From an uncultured Prevotellaceae bacterium (GTDB lineage: Bacteria > Bacteroidota > Bacteroidia > Bacteroidales > Muribaculaceae): a stretch of DNA of 64,000 bases. Below are positions 1 through 9,170 of this stretch, in pieces. Made by a program: the position numbers and the translations under genes. How positions within the stretch are numbered: the stretch's first letter is position 1; every line of letters begins with the position of its first letter. The stretch lies in NCBI GenBank assembly GCA_947169265.1, contig CAMVPC010000016.1, positions 3,169-67,168 on the forward strand. Direction: 5' to 3'. Below the pieces are notes generated by a model. The model saw only the letters and a list, made by a program, of their open reading frames with translations. It was not told where the DNA came from and searched no databases.

Positions 1-19
1 GGTTCGCTATAGGACAAGC

Positions 20-598
20 TTATTTGTTGTCGATTTTTTGGAGTAGGGAGGGGTGAATCTCGGCGGTGATGACAGCTACTATACCCTCAATGCCTACCAC
101 GACGCGATGCTTGCTGCGAGTCTTGAGCAGCACGCCTTCGGCTCCTTCAAACATGCCGCCCATGACTCTCACGCGGTCGCCACGGCTGAGTTTCTCGAAG
201 TCCTCTTGGATGTATTCGAGCTGTTCGTCGTAGGTGCCGGCCACCGCGATGAAGTTCTTCATCTGGTTTTCGGGTACGATGACCGGTTTCTTCGTGGCAG
301 GGTTCATCATGTAAAAGATGGGCAACGATGTGAACGCTTTGAGTTCTTTCATCAGCGAAGGCTCGGCATGGATGAAAATAAGGTCATGAATGATGGGTAC
401 CAGCCTTTTGACACGGCGCGAACATGTAGTCACAATGGTGTGTTTCATCGGGATGAAACTCTCTACGCCGCGGGTGTCGAGGTTCTTCTTGACCTTAAGC
501 TCCTGCCGATACGACACCCTGATGGCATACCACACTTTCTCCTCGGTGACGCTCTCATGCCTTTTGGCTTTGTCGGATATGTTCTCGTTGTTCTGCAT
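20..598 (-). CDS. upxY: UpxY-family (NusG-like) transcription antiterminator
   Basis: N-terminal WYAIRVSYRQELKVK and ESFIPM (NGN domain), VIVPENQMKNFI, and C-terminal KOW GDRVRVMGGMFEGAEG. The track start at 667 lies inside a promoter motif, so the ATG at 598 is preferred. Confidence 0.9.
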   Translation of the reverse strand: MQNNENISDKAKRHESVTEEKVWYAIRVSYRQELKVKKNLDTRGVESFIPMKHTIVTTCSRRVKRLVPIIHDLIFIHAEPSLMKELKAFTSLPIFYMMNPATKKPVIVPENQMKNFIAVAGTYDEQLEYIQEDFEKLSRGDRVRVMGGMFEGAEGVLLKTRSKHRVVVGIEGIVAVITAEIHPSLLQKIDNK

Positions 599-664
599 AG
601 TTGCCCTTAAGGGTGAAATTGCCTTTTTGTAATAGCTAAGTTCGCTCGAACCTTTTGGCGACTG

Positions 665-672
665 CAAATGTA
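665..672 (-). promoter_or_regulatory. Bacteroidetes sigma-A -7 element (TACATTTG) driving upxY
   Basis: Reverse complement of caaatgta matches TAnnTTTG, about 65 nt upstream of the upxY ATG. No clear -33 element. Confidence 0.6.
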
Positions 673-834
673 ATTATTTAATTCGAGAAAATAGCAGTTT
701 TCGACCGATTTTGTGACGAACACACGTCGCTCGTTCGAGGCAGTTGAACATCTAATTCGTTGAATATGACTATTCCTAGCGCAAATGACACAAAATCATA
801 GTTTTATCTAAATAAGTCGACTTTTAACGGAAAA

Positions 835-868
835 TTTGATGCCAAGTCAAAAATAATACTTATCTTTG
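835..868 (+). promoter_or_regulatory. Bacteroidetes promoter for the polysaccharide operon (TTTG..N22..TATCTTTG)
   Basis: tttg at 835-838 and tatctttg at 861-868. The spacer is slightly longer than the usual 19-21 nt. Confidence 0.6.
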
Positions 869-1111
869 CATTTATAATTGTCGCTAATCGCGTACCTTAA
901 GGATTTTGGCAAATGATTGCTTTTCCTGAATTTAATACGTTGGTTGAAGAGATAAGCGAAATGGGCAGATTTTTACAATTTGCTGTAATGCAAGATATTA
1001 AGCCATCTTGCAAGCCCTAGAGGTATATACATAACACCACTTCGCTATAAGCGACAAAGCCTATTTGGGCAAAAATCACACGTCTTATTTGATTACTTCC
1101 CGGGAATATAA

Positions 1112-1333
1112 AAACGAACTTTAGTTCTCAAGGCTGAGTTGCAACTCGGTATGCAACTCGGCATGATGTATGCCGCCACTGGTGATGACCGGTTTGCGGC
1201 CAATCTGCATCAGCTCATAGACGACTGGGGCGAGCTTAAGACAACCTACCGCAAGAAGAAAAACGCGGTTTATTTGCTCGAGCAATTCGAGAAATATTAC
1301 GCCACAGCAAAGAAAATAAAGAAAATAGTTTGA
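1112..1333 (+). pseudogene. Probable 3' relic of a UpxZ-family anti-antiterminator gene
   Basis: LKAELQLGMQLGMMYAATGDDRFAANLHQLIDDW resembles the UpxZ C-terminal helix pattern as recalled (LKxQL..YxY....E.LA.EAH.IIDxW). In-frame stop at 1109-1111 upstream, a 12-bp tandem duplication at 1140-1163, and the stop lies 1 nt before the ugd ATG. Confidence 0.4.
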
Positions 1334-1334
1334 T

Positions 1335-2573
1335 ATGAAGATAGCAGTAGCCGGAACGGGATACGTGGGTCTGAGCATCGCCACGCTGCTTGCGCAGCAC
1401 AACGAGGTGGTGGCTGTGGATGTAGTGCCCGAGAAGGTTGACAAAATCAACCGCCGGCAGTCGCCCATCCAGGACGAATACATCGAGCGGTACCTTGCCG
1501 TGAAGCCGCTGAATCTCACGGCTACCATCGACGGCGAGGCGGCCTACCGCGGCGCCCGTTTCGTGATCATCGCCACGCCCACCAACTACGACCCGGTGAC
1601 CAACTACTTCGACACGCGCCACGTGGAAGAGGTCATCGAGCTTGTGATGCGTGTCAACCCCGAGGCCATCATGGTCATCAAGAGCACCATCCCGGTGGGC
1701 TACACCGAGAGCGTGCGCGAGAAATACGGATCGGATAACATCCTGTTCGCGCCCGAGTTCCTGCGCGAGACCAAGGCGCTCTACGACAACCTCTACCCGA
1801 GCCGCATAATCGTAGGCCGGCCCGAAGGCGACGAGCGCCTCGACACAGCGGCGCACGAATTTGCCGCCCTGCTGCAGCAAGGCGCGTTGAAGCCCGATGT
1901 CGAAACACTCTACATGGGCTTGACCGAGGCAGAGGCGGTGAAGCTCTTCGCCAACACCTACCTCGCCCTGCGGGTGAGCTACTTCAACGAACTCGACACC
2001 TACGCCGAGATGAAAGGACTCGACACCAAGTCGATTATCAACGGCGTGTGCCTCGACCCGCGCATCGGCTCTCACTACAACAACCCGTCGTTTGGCTACG
2101 GCGGCTACTGCCTGCCCAAAGACACCAAGCAGCTGCTGGCCAACTACAAAGAAGTGCCCGAGAACCTCATCGAGGCCATTGTGGAGAGCAACCGCACCCG
2201 CAAGGACTTCATCGCCGACCGCGTGCTGCGCATGGCTGGCTATTATGATTATTACCACCGTGGCGACTACAGCCGCGACGAGGAACGTGAGTGCGTCATA
2301 GGCGTCTATCGCCTCACGATGAAAAGCGGCAGCGACAACTTCCGCCAGAGCAGCATCCAGGGTGTGATGAAGCGCATAAAAGCCAAGGGGGCCAAAGTCA
2401 TCATCTACGAACCCACCCTCGACGACGGCACCACTTTCTTCGGCAGCAAAGTCATCAACGACCTAGAGCACTTTAAAGCTTTAAGCCAAGTAATTCTTGC
2501 TAATCGTTTCGACCAAAATCTCGCAGATGTAAAACATAAGGTTTACACCAGAGATTTGTTCAAGAGAGATTAA
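1335..2573 (+). CDS. ugd: UDP-glucose 6-dehydrogenase
   Basis: GTGYVGL Rossmann motif, [24 protein letters not shown] with the catalytic Cys, and KSGSDNFR. Confidence 0.95.
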   Translation: MKIAVAGTGYVGLSIATLLAQHNEVVAVDVVPEKVDKINRRQSPIQDEYIERYLAVKPLNLTATIDGEAAYRGARFVIIATPTNYDPVTNYFDTRHVEEVIELVMRVNPEAIMVIKSTIPVGYTESVREKYGSDNILFAPEFLRETKALYDNLYPSRIIVGRPEGDERLDTAAHEFAALLQQGALKPDVETLYMGLTEAEAVKLFANTYLALRVSYFNELDTYAEMKGLDTKSIINGVCLDPRIGSHYNNPSFGYGGYCLPKDTKQLLANYKEVPENLIEAIVESNRTRKDFIADRVLRMAGYYDYYHRGDYSRDEERECVIGVYRLTMKSGSDNFRQSSIQGVMKRIKAKGAKVIIYEPTLDDGTTFFGSKVINDLEHFKALSQVILANRFDQNLADVKHKVYTRDLFKRD

Positions 2574-2613
2574 AATTCTATATAGTTTTAAGTATTCCGC
2601 ATAAGTATTATTT

Positions 2614-3633
2614 ATGAGCTCATATTTAAATCGTAAGAGTAATTTCGAACTTCTTAGAATTGTTTCTCAATTTTATATTATTCTTTACCATATTTTTTGT
2701 TTTTTCATTTATCCTAATACGGGTGTTGCTTTTCATAAAGCAATTCAAATGACATTTCATGTTGGGGTAATTGATTTTGTTTTGATTAGTGGTTATTTTG
2801 GCATAAGGCCATCTTCGAAAGGATTTATAAAGTTATTATCGATTTTTTTAGTTTATTCTTTACCTTATGTTTTTTATAAAATAACAACTGCTGCAGATCT
2901 CAAAGATATATGTTCTCAACTACTAGTTATCTCTAGATCTCCATTATGGTTTGTTAAAACTTATATATATTTATATTTGTTTTCTCCAGTACTTAATCTT
3001 CATATAAAGCACTCTTCTGTACGTCAGAAATGGTATGTCATTTTTGTTTTGTTTTTTGTATGCATTTATATGGGCATGGTTAAAGGAGATGATTCGCTTT
3101 CATCTGGTAAGAATTTGCCAAATTTTATTCTGATTTATTTACTTGGAAATATTTTAATGCAATATAAAGATCTTTTGGCTAAGATATCTCAAAAACGATG
3201 GATTATTATTTATATCGTATTTAATTTAATTTTGGTCACTTTATATTGTTTGTTCTCAAATGGTATTATAGGAAAAATTATATGGCATATCAGTTTCATA
3301 TATTGTAGCCCGATTCTATTTATAAATGCGATTATCTTCTTTATGGTTTTTGCTCAAATGAACATTAAATCTAAATTCATTAATTGGACCGCAAAATCCA
3401 GCTTTGCAATCTATCTCATACATGGAAATCGTCCTTACGCATACACTTTAATTGGATTAGCTTCAGTTTATTGTGTTAATCACATTACTAATCCAATTAT
3501 ATTGTTTATATCTATAGTTTTGTTAGCGATTGCAATAATAGTAATTACAGTAAGTATTGATAAATTGTTGACACCATTATGGAATTTATTTGAGCGTTTA
3601 GGAAATTATATGTTTATGAGATTAAAGTTTTAA
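2614..3633 (+). CDS. Membrane O-acyltransferase (acyltransferase family 3)
   Basis: RKSNFELLRI..YH, V..FVLISGYF, and SFAIYLIH motifs; about 10 hydrophobic segments. Confidence 0.85.
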   Translation: MSSYLNRKSNFELLRIVSQFYIILYHIFCFFIYPNTGVAFHKAIQMTFHVGVIDFVLISGYFGIRPSSKGFIKLLSIFLVYSLPYVFYKITTAADLKDICSQLLVISRSPLWFVKTYIYLYLFSPVLNLHIKHSSVRQKWYVIFVLFFVCIYMGMVKGDDSLSSGKNLPNFILIYLLGNILMQYKDLLAKISQKRWIIIYIVFNLILVTLYCLFSNGIIGKIIWHISFIYCSPILFINAIIFFMVFAQMNIKSKFINWTAKSSFAIYLIHGNRPYAYTLIGLASVYCVNHITNPIILFISIVLLAIAIIVITVSIDKLLTPLWNLFERLGNYMFMRLKF

Positions 3634-3668
3634 AATGATTTTGATGGCAGATTAGACAATTTTTTCTA

Positions 3669-4778
3669 ATGAAAGAAAAATTATTGTTTTTTATTTTTGA
3701 TCTTGGTCATGGTGGCGCGGAAAAAGTGCTAGTACAATTAGTCAACGCGTTACCAGAGGACAAGTATGATATTACTGTTCAAACATTATTTGATGTCGGT
3801 GTCAATAAAGATAGTATTGAATCACATATAAAACGCAAAAGAGTTTTTAAAAAACTGTTTCATGGGATGAAATACTTTGTTAGGTTATTTCCTCCTAGAT
3901 TGTTGCATAAGTTACTTATAAAAGAACATTACGATTATGAAATTGCCTATTTAGAAGGAGCACCGACGCGTATAGTTAGCGGCTGCAGAGATAAAGACAC
4001 AAAACTTTTTGCATGGGTTCATCTTGAGATGATAGATAAGAATAAGTTTTTTAGTACGTATAGAAATTTAAATGATGCTAAACACTGTTATGAAAGATTT
4101 GATAAAATAGCTTTTGTATCTGAAATAGCTCAAACGACTTTTTTAGAGAAAACAGGATGGACATTTTTAGAATCGGGGATTGTCCATAACACACTTGATA
4201 TTCGACAGATATTGTCTTTATCCAAAGAACCAATATCCTTTGATTTAAATGCACATAATATTAATTTCTGTAGTGTTGGACGATTTGTAAAGCAAAAGGG
4301 ATATGTTCGGCTTATGAAGATTTTAACCAATATTCTTTTACATGGAATAACTAATTGGCATTTCTATCTTTTAGGGGAAGGTGAACTACGAACTGAAATA
4401 GAAAAAGAAATTAAACTTGGTGGTTTAGATAATTATGTGACCCTTCTTGGCTATGACATTAATCCTTACAAATATGTTGCTAAAATGGACTATTTTGTTT
4501 GTTCTTCTTATAAGGAAGGTTATAGCACAGCTGTGACAGAGTCTATTATAGTTGGTACTCCGGTTATTACAACAAATTGTGCTGGCATGCATGAAATTTT
4601 AGGAAGAGATGCAGGATTGATTGTTGAGAATGCTGATAATGCCCTTCAAGATGCATTAGTTCATATTCTTTCGGATTCTTCATTAAAAATTAAATATAAA
4701 GAAGGATGTATTCAACGTTCTTCCATATTTTCTATGGAGAGTACAATAAAAGAATTTGAAGATTTTATTCATAATTAA
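3669..4778 (+). CDS. GT4 glycosyltransferase
   Basis: GGAEKVL, SVGRFVKQKGY, and EGYSTAVTE (EX7E) motifs. Confidence 0.9.
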   Translation: MKEKLLFFIFDLGHGGAEKVLVQLVNALPEDKYDITVQTLFDVGVNKDSIESHIKRKRVFKKLFHGMKYFVRLFPPRLLHKLLIKEHYDYEIAYLEGAPTRIVSGCRDKDTKLFAWVHLEMIDKNKFFSTYRNLNDAKHCYERFDKIAFVSEIAQTTFLEKTGWTFLESGIVHNTLDIRQILSLSKEPISFDLNAHNINFCSVGRFVKQKGYVRLMKILTNILLHGITNWHFYLLGEGELRTEIEKEIKLGGLDNYVTLLGYDINPYKYVAKMDYFVCSSYKEGYSTAVTESIIVGTPVITTNCAGMHEILGRDAGLIVENADNALQDALVHILSDSSLKIKYKEGCIQRSSIFSMESTIKEFEDFIHN

Positions 4779-5880
4779 ATATATAATTAATATGATTCGT
4801 TGTGCTTCAGTTTCAAGTTATATGGGACCTTATATAAGTAATTATATACTTTCAGAATTAGCACTTGAGAAAGAATTTCGTAAAAAAGGTGACTATATTT
4901 TTCATGTATTTCCAAAAGATGTTGAGAACAAGGAGTGGGTGCAACTTTTCAAAGATCTTGATGCTAAGTTGTATTTCATTGATTATAAACCTGGAACATT
5001 TTGGAGTATAAAACTATTAAGAAGTATATTTAAAAAAGAAAAAGTTAATATCATTCATTGTCATTTTGGTGGATGGGATTTGGATGCAAAATTGGCTGCT
5101 CCATTTACACCAATCATTTGGCACCAAAGGATGTATGTAAACTTAAATACAAGAAAAAGACGTATTAAATATTGGCTGAAGTATAATATTTTAGGGATGT
5201 TTAAAACGCAAAATATTGCAATATCAGATGCGGTTTATGATGCAATCACGTCTATAACTAACAAAAAGACGTTTTGTGTGCCAAATTGTATAGATTTCCA
5301 AAGACTAGCTCCAGATTTAAGTTATCGTTTTCAGAGAAAAGACAAGAATCATATTTGGAAAATTTTATTATTTGGCTATTCTCCATATGTTAAAGGTTTA
5401 GATGTTGCATATAAAGCATGTGAATTATTAAATAATGAAGGCAAACTAATAGAATTGAGTGTTGTATCTCAGGATGTTTCTGATAAATATATAGAAGATA
5501 ATTTCAATCCTCTTCCTAGATGGTTTAAAGTTCTAAAGCCAAGCAACAATGTTTCTGAGTATTATAATCAATCAGACATTTTTCTCTCTGCGAGCCGTTC
5601 TGAGGGATTCTCAAATTCTTTATTGGAAGCTATTTACTGTGGCTGTACTGCTATTTATTCTGACATTCCTGGGACAAAATGGGCAAAAGAATTTGGACAG
5701 ACTTATGAATATGAAGTTGAATCTTATAATTCTTTAGCTTCAGCGATATTAAAGAGCATATCTAATCCCACATCAATTGAAATAATTGAGAAGAATCAAA
5801 AAGAAGCATTGCGAACCTATTCAATTGACTCTTGGACAAAGTATATTTATATTATTTTGTCTGACTTTCATAAAGAATAA
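4756..5880 (+). CDS. GT4 glycosyltransferase
   Basis: IIHCHFG, KGLD, and SRSEGFSNSLLEA (EX7E) motifs. The start codon is uncertain. Confidence 0.85.
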   Translation: MKILFIIKYIINMIRCASVSSYMGPYISNYILSELALEKEFRKKGDYIFHVFPKDVENKEWVQLFKDLDAKLYFIDYKPGTFWSIKLLRSIFKKEKVNIIHCHFGGWDLDAKLAAPFTPIIWHQRMYVNLNTRKRRIKYWLKYNILGMFKTQNIAISDAVYDAITSITNKKTFCVPNCIDFQRLAPDLSYRFQRKDKNHIWKILLFGYSPYVKGLDVAYKACELLNNEGKLIELSVVSQDVSDKYIEDNFNPLPRWFKVLKPSNNVSEYYNQSDIFLSASRSEGFSNSLLEAIYCGCTAIYSDIPGTKWAKEFGQTYEYEVESYNSLASAILKSISNPTSIEIIEKNQKEALRTYSIDSWTKYIYIILSDFHKE

Positions 5881-5882
5881 CA

Positions 5883-7403
5883 ATGACAGTTAATCGAACT
5901 AAAAAAAGTGCTATTAACACATCGGTTAGTATATTGTTTGCAGTAATAAACAGTATTCTTACTTTTGTATTAAATGCAGCATTTATTAGATTATTAGGAT
6001 TAGAGTATGCTGGTATTAATAGTCTTTTCTCATCAGTTTTAAATCTACTTAATATTGCTGATCTTGGAATTAGTAATGCAATATTATTCCGACTATATAA
6101 AAAGATTGCAGATGGAGATCAAGAAGGAATAGATTTGATAATAACAACCTATAAGCGGATTTGCTTTATAGTAGCGGGGGTAATCTGCTTAGGCGGAATA
6201 TGCTGTATTCCTTTCCTTGATCATTTAGTTAAAGAACCACCTTCTTTTCCAGAACCATTATGGTCATTATTTATTATTGTATTGGCCAATAGTGTGGTTG
6301 CACATGCTTTGAATTTTACTAACCAGATGATTACCGCTCGACAAGAGCAATACATAAAGACTATTGTCATGTATTGTTGCAAGTTTGCAATGACTGGTTT
6401 ACAACTTCTATTATTATTTATATATAAAAATATTTATATCTTTTTATTGATAGCCCTTTTATTAACAATAATAAGGAATGTTTGTTATGCTATAATTGTA
6501 AAGAAAAGATATAATGTCAGTTGGAATAGTCATGAGCATTTAGACAAAGCAGAAAAAATTAGTCTATTGAAAGATACGGGCAGCCTTGCATTCTATAAAA
6601 TATGTCGAACTCTTGATGTTACAATTGATACATTCTTAATTTCTAAATTTGTTGCCATCGCTACAACTGCCATATACGGTAGTTTTAATCTTCTGATTAC
6701 ATTTTTGGAAGAATGTTTTGGCAATATAAATGATGGAATGATGGCGAGTATTGGAGATCTAAATGCCCAAGGAAGCAAAAAACAAGTATCAAATGTATTC
6801 TATCAGTCTATGCACTTAACATTTCTTATTTTTGGTTGTCTTACTTTACTTTTAGTTCCGCTGATATCTCCTTTTGTAAAATGGTGGATTGGCTACACAT
6901 TGCCAGATATATGTATATATGTGATTCTCTTGAATTTCTTTATGGCAATGTTTGGAAATCATGTTGCTGTTTTTCGTAACTCAATGGGAATATTTAAGAA
7001 GGGATGGAAAAGGCCTTTCTTTACGGCTCTTTTGAATCTTGTTTTTTCTGTTTGGCTTACAATTAAATTTGGGTTAATAGGGACATTGTTGGGAACAACT
7101 ATAGCAAGAGTCTTTACATTGCATTGGTATGACCCTTGGATAGTTTGTAAATTTGGTTTTGAAGAAAAACCTGTTAAGTACTACATTCGTTTTGTATTAT
7201 ATCTTTTAATAGTATTTGTTTCATCAACTATTCTATTGTTTGTCAAATTTAATTTTCCTGATCCTAAAGTTTTTATTGACTTTTTATGGCAGGGTACTTT
7301 ATATTTAATAATAGCAATTATTTTAACATTCGGAATTGGTTTTTTATTTCCAGAGCAGAAACCTCTTTTGCAAAGAATAAAAAAACTTATTAAATTACAT
7401 TGA
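5883..7403 (+). CDS. wzx: Wzx-type oligosaccharide flippase
   Basis: NRTKKSAIN N-terminus, LNIADLGISNA, many TM segments, 506 aa; TacF/Wzx-like. Confidence 0.88.
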   Translation: MTVNRTKKSAINTSVSILFAVINSILTFVLNAAFIRLLGLEYAGINSLFSSVLNLLNIADLGISNAILFRLYKKIADGDQEGIDLIITTYKRICFIVAGVICLGGICCIPFLDHLVKEPPSFPEPLWSLFIIVLANSVVAHALNFTNQMITARQEQYIKTIVMYCCKFAMTGLQLLLLFIYKNIYIFLLIALLLTIIRNVCYAIIVKKRYNVSWNSHEHLDKAEKISLLKDTGSLAFYKICRTLDVTIDTFLISKFVAIATTAIYGSFNLLITFLEECFGNINDGMMASIGDLNAQGSKKQVSNVFYQSMHLTFLIFGCLTLLLVPLISPFVKWWIGYTLPDICIYVILLNFFMAMFGNHVAVFRNSMGIFKKGWKRPFFTALLNLVFSVWLTIKFGLIGTLLGTTIARVFTLHWYDPWIVCKFGFEEKPVKYYIRFVLYLLIVFVSSTILLFVKFNFPDPKVFIDFLWQGTLYLIIAIILTFGIGFLFPEQKPLLQRIKKLIKLH

Positions 7404-8251
7404 TAAAAATGGGGGATAATTTAAAAATGAATGAACTTGAGGCAAAATATTTGCTTCTATATCTGCTAAAGATATTTAAAACAATTTGCAAAAAAGCCTC
7501 TATAACTTATTACGCAAGTGGTGGGACTTGCCTTGGAGCTATTCGACATAAGGGTATAATTCCTTGGGATGATGATATCGACTTGATGATGCCCCGCAAA
7601 TATTATGACATCTTTGTTGATACATGCAACAAAGAATTAAAAGATCCTGTTGTTATCAGAACCCGTGAGAATGACCGTTATTTTTGTGGAGAATATATTA
7701 AAATGTGTTTCAAAGATGATGATAATAATTATAGTGATTTGTCAATAGATGTATTTTTTTTAGATGATACAAATCCAAAACGTAAATTTTTCAGAGCTAT
7801 TCAAAATAGGCTTTTGCTTGATCTGTATTTCATTAAAACTTTTAAGGTTTCCCGATTAGGCAAAGGACCACATTATGTGCCTCGAAATTTTTTTAGAAAA
7901 TGCCAAGTCTCACTATTTGGTATGTTACCAATAAGTTTCATTGATAAATTTCACAAGCGCATTATGACAGCTGAAAAATCTAATACAGATTTTTGGGTAA
8001 ACTGGGGAGCATGTTATTCATATAAAAAAGCTACATATAACAAAACTGAGTTAGGGAATCCGATCGAGATGCCTTTTGAGAATACTACCATATCTGTAGC
8101 CGAAAATCCCGAAGAAATTCTGTTGCATTTATATGGTCCCAATTATATGACACCACCTCCACCAGAAAAGAGATCGAATCACGGCATCAAACCATTTAAA
8201 TGCAAATTATTAGATATTAATCAGATTAAGCAAGAGATAGGAGTAATATAA
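7400..8251 (+). CDS. licD: LicD-family phosphotransferase
   Basis: GGTCLGAIRHKGIIPWDDDIDLMMPR, IDVF, and LYGPNYMTPPP motifs. Confidence 0.92.
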   Translation: MIKMGDNLKMNELEAKYLLLYLLKIFKTICKKASITYYASGGTCLGAIRHKGIIPWDDDIDLMMPRKYYDIFVDTCNKELKDPVVIRTRENDRYFCGEYIKMCFKDDDNNYSDLSIDVFFLDDTNPKRKFFRAIQNRLLLDLYFIKTFKVSRLGKGPHYVPRNFFRKCQVSLFGMLPISFIDKFHKRIMTAEKSNTDFWVNWGACYSYKKATYNKTELGNPIEMPFENTTISVAENPEEILLHLYGPNYMTPPPPEKRSNHGIKPFKCKLLDINQIKQEIGVI

Positions 8252-8253
8252 TC

Positions 8254-8664
8254 ATGATAATTGGTTATACACAAGGAACTTTTGACATGTTCCATATCGG
8301 TCATCTCAACTTACTTAAGAACGCAAAAGCACAATGTGACTTTTTGGTTGTTGGAGTAAATTCAGATGAATTAGTAAAGCAATATAAGAACAAAAGCGTA
8401 ATTGTCCCATTAGCGGAAAGAATGGACATTGTGGGTGCAATTAAATTCGTTGATCGAGTGATTAAATGTGACACACTTGATAAAGAAGTGGCTTTTGAGA
8501 AAATTAGATTCCAAAAAATATTTATTGGAGATGATTGGAAAGGTAACCCTCGTTGGGAAGAAACTGGCAAAAGAATGAAATCTTTAGGCGCAGAACTTGT
8601 TTACTTGCCACATACCCAAGGGACATCATCTACAATGCTGCGCAATAAATTAAAAGATTTATAA
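8254..8664 (+). CDS. Cytidylyltransferase (TagD/glycerol-3-phosphate cytidylyltransferase-like)
   Basis: GTFDMFHIGH (HxGH), GVNSDE, IGDDWKG, and YLPHTQGTSSTMLR motifs. Confidence 0.88.
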   Translation: MIIGYTQGTFDMFHIGHLNLLKNAKAQCDFLVVGVNSDELVKQYKNKSVIVPLAERMDIVGAIKFVDRVIKCDTLDKEVAFEKIRFQKIFIGDDWKGNPRWEETGKRMKSLGAELVYLPHTQGTSSTMLRNKLKDL

Positions 8665-8665
8665 G

Positions 8666-9166
8666 ATGAAAGGTTTTCATTCGTGGCTTTTGTCTGTCTG
8701 GAATGACGACATATGTGAACGTGTTAATCGAAAAGCTAATAAAAACGTATTAAAAGCATCTAAATTATGGCATTCTGGCAATAAGTTTAAGATGTTACGA
8801 GCTATGCTTTTGCATGCACGCAATATAAAGCGTTATGGATGTGAGGTTTATCCTCAAGCAAAATTAGGTGAAAATTTTTATATGCCACATTGTGTGGGGG
8901 TGGTAATTGGAAGTACTACTATTATTGGTGATAACTGCACAGTATTTCCAAATGTTGTTTTTGGGGCAAGATATTCTCCAGATAGGGATAATCCTAAAGG
9001 AAGAAGACATGCTAAAGTCGGAAACAACTGTGTATTTGGAGCGAATTCAACAATAATAGGCAATATAATAATTGGAAATAATGTTTTTATCGGTGCTGGA
9101 GCGGTTGTAACAAAAGATGTGCCTGATAATAGTATAATTATTGGCATAAATAATAAAATAAGATAA
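8666..9166 (+). CDS. Hexapeptide-repeat (CysE-like) O-acetyltransferase
   Basis: MPHCVGVVIG, IIGDNCTVFPNVVFG, and IGNNVFIGAGAVVTKDVP left-handed beta-helix repeats. Confidence 0.88.
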   Translation: MKGFHSWLLSVWNDDICERVNRKANKNVLKASKLWHSGNKFKMLRAMLLHARNIKRYGCEVYPQAKLGENFYMPHCVGVVIGSTTIIGDNCTVFPNVVFGARYSPDRDNPKGRRHAKVGNNCVFGANSTIIGNIIIGNNVFIGAGAVVTKDVPDNSIIIGINNKIR

Positions 9167-9170
9167 TAAT

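Noticed and set aside
645-739. 7-bp inverted repeat ctcgaac/gttcgag around the upxY promoter as a possible invertible (phase-variable) promoter
   Set aside because: Too short, does not extend, does not match the ARACGTWCGT-type Mpi repeats, and no invertase is in the window.
913-1020. 35-codon ORF in the operon leader as a leader peptide
   Set aside because: No regulatory codon run, attenuator or recognisable homology; an ORF this short is expected by chance.
1236-2258. 340-aa ORF antisense to ugd
   Set aside because: Shadow ORF typical of GC-rich coding DNA; no motifs; fully overlaps a clear gene.
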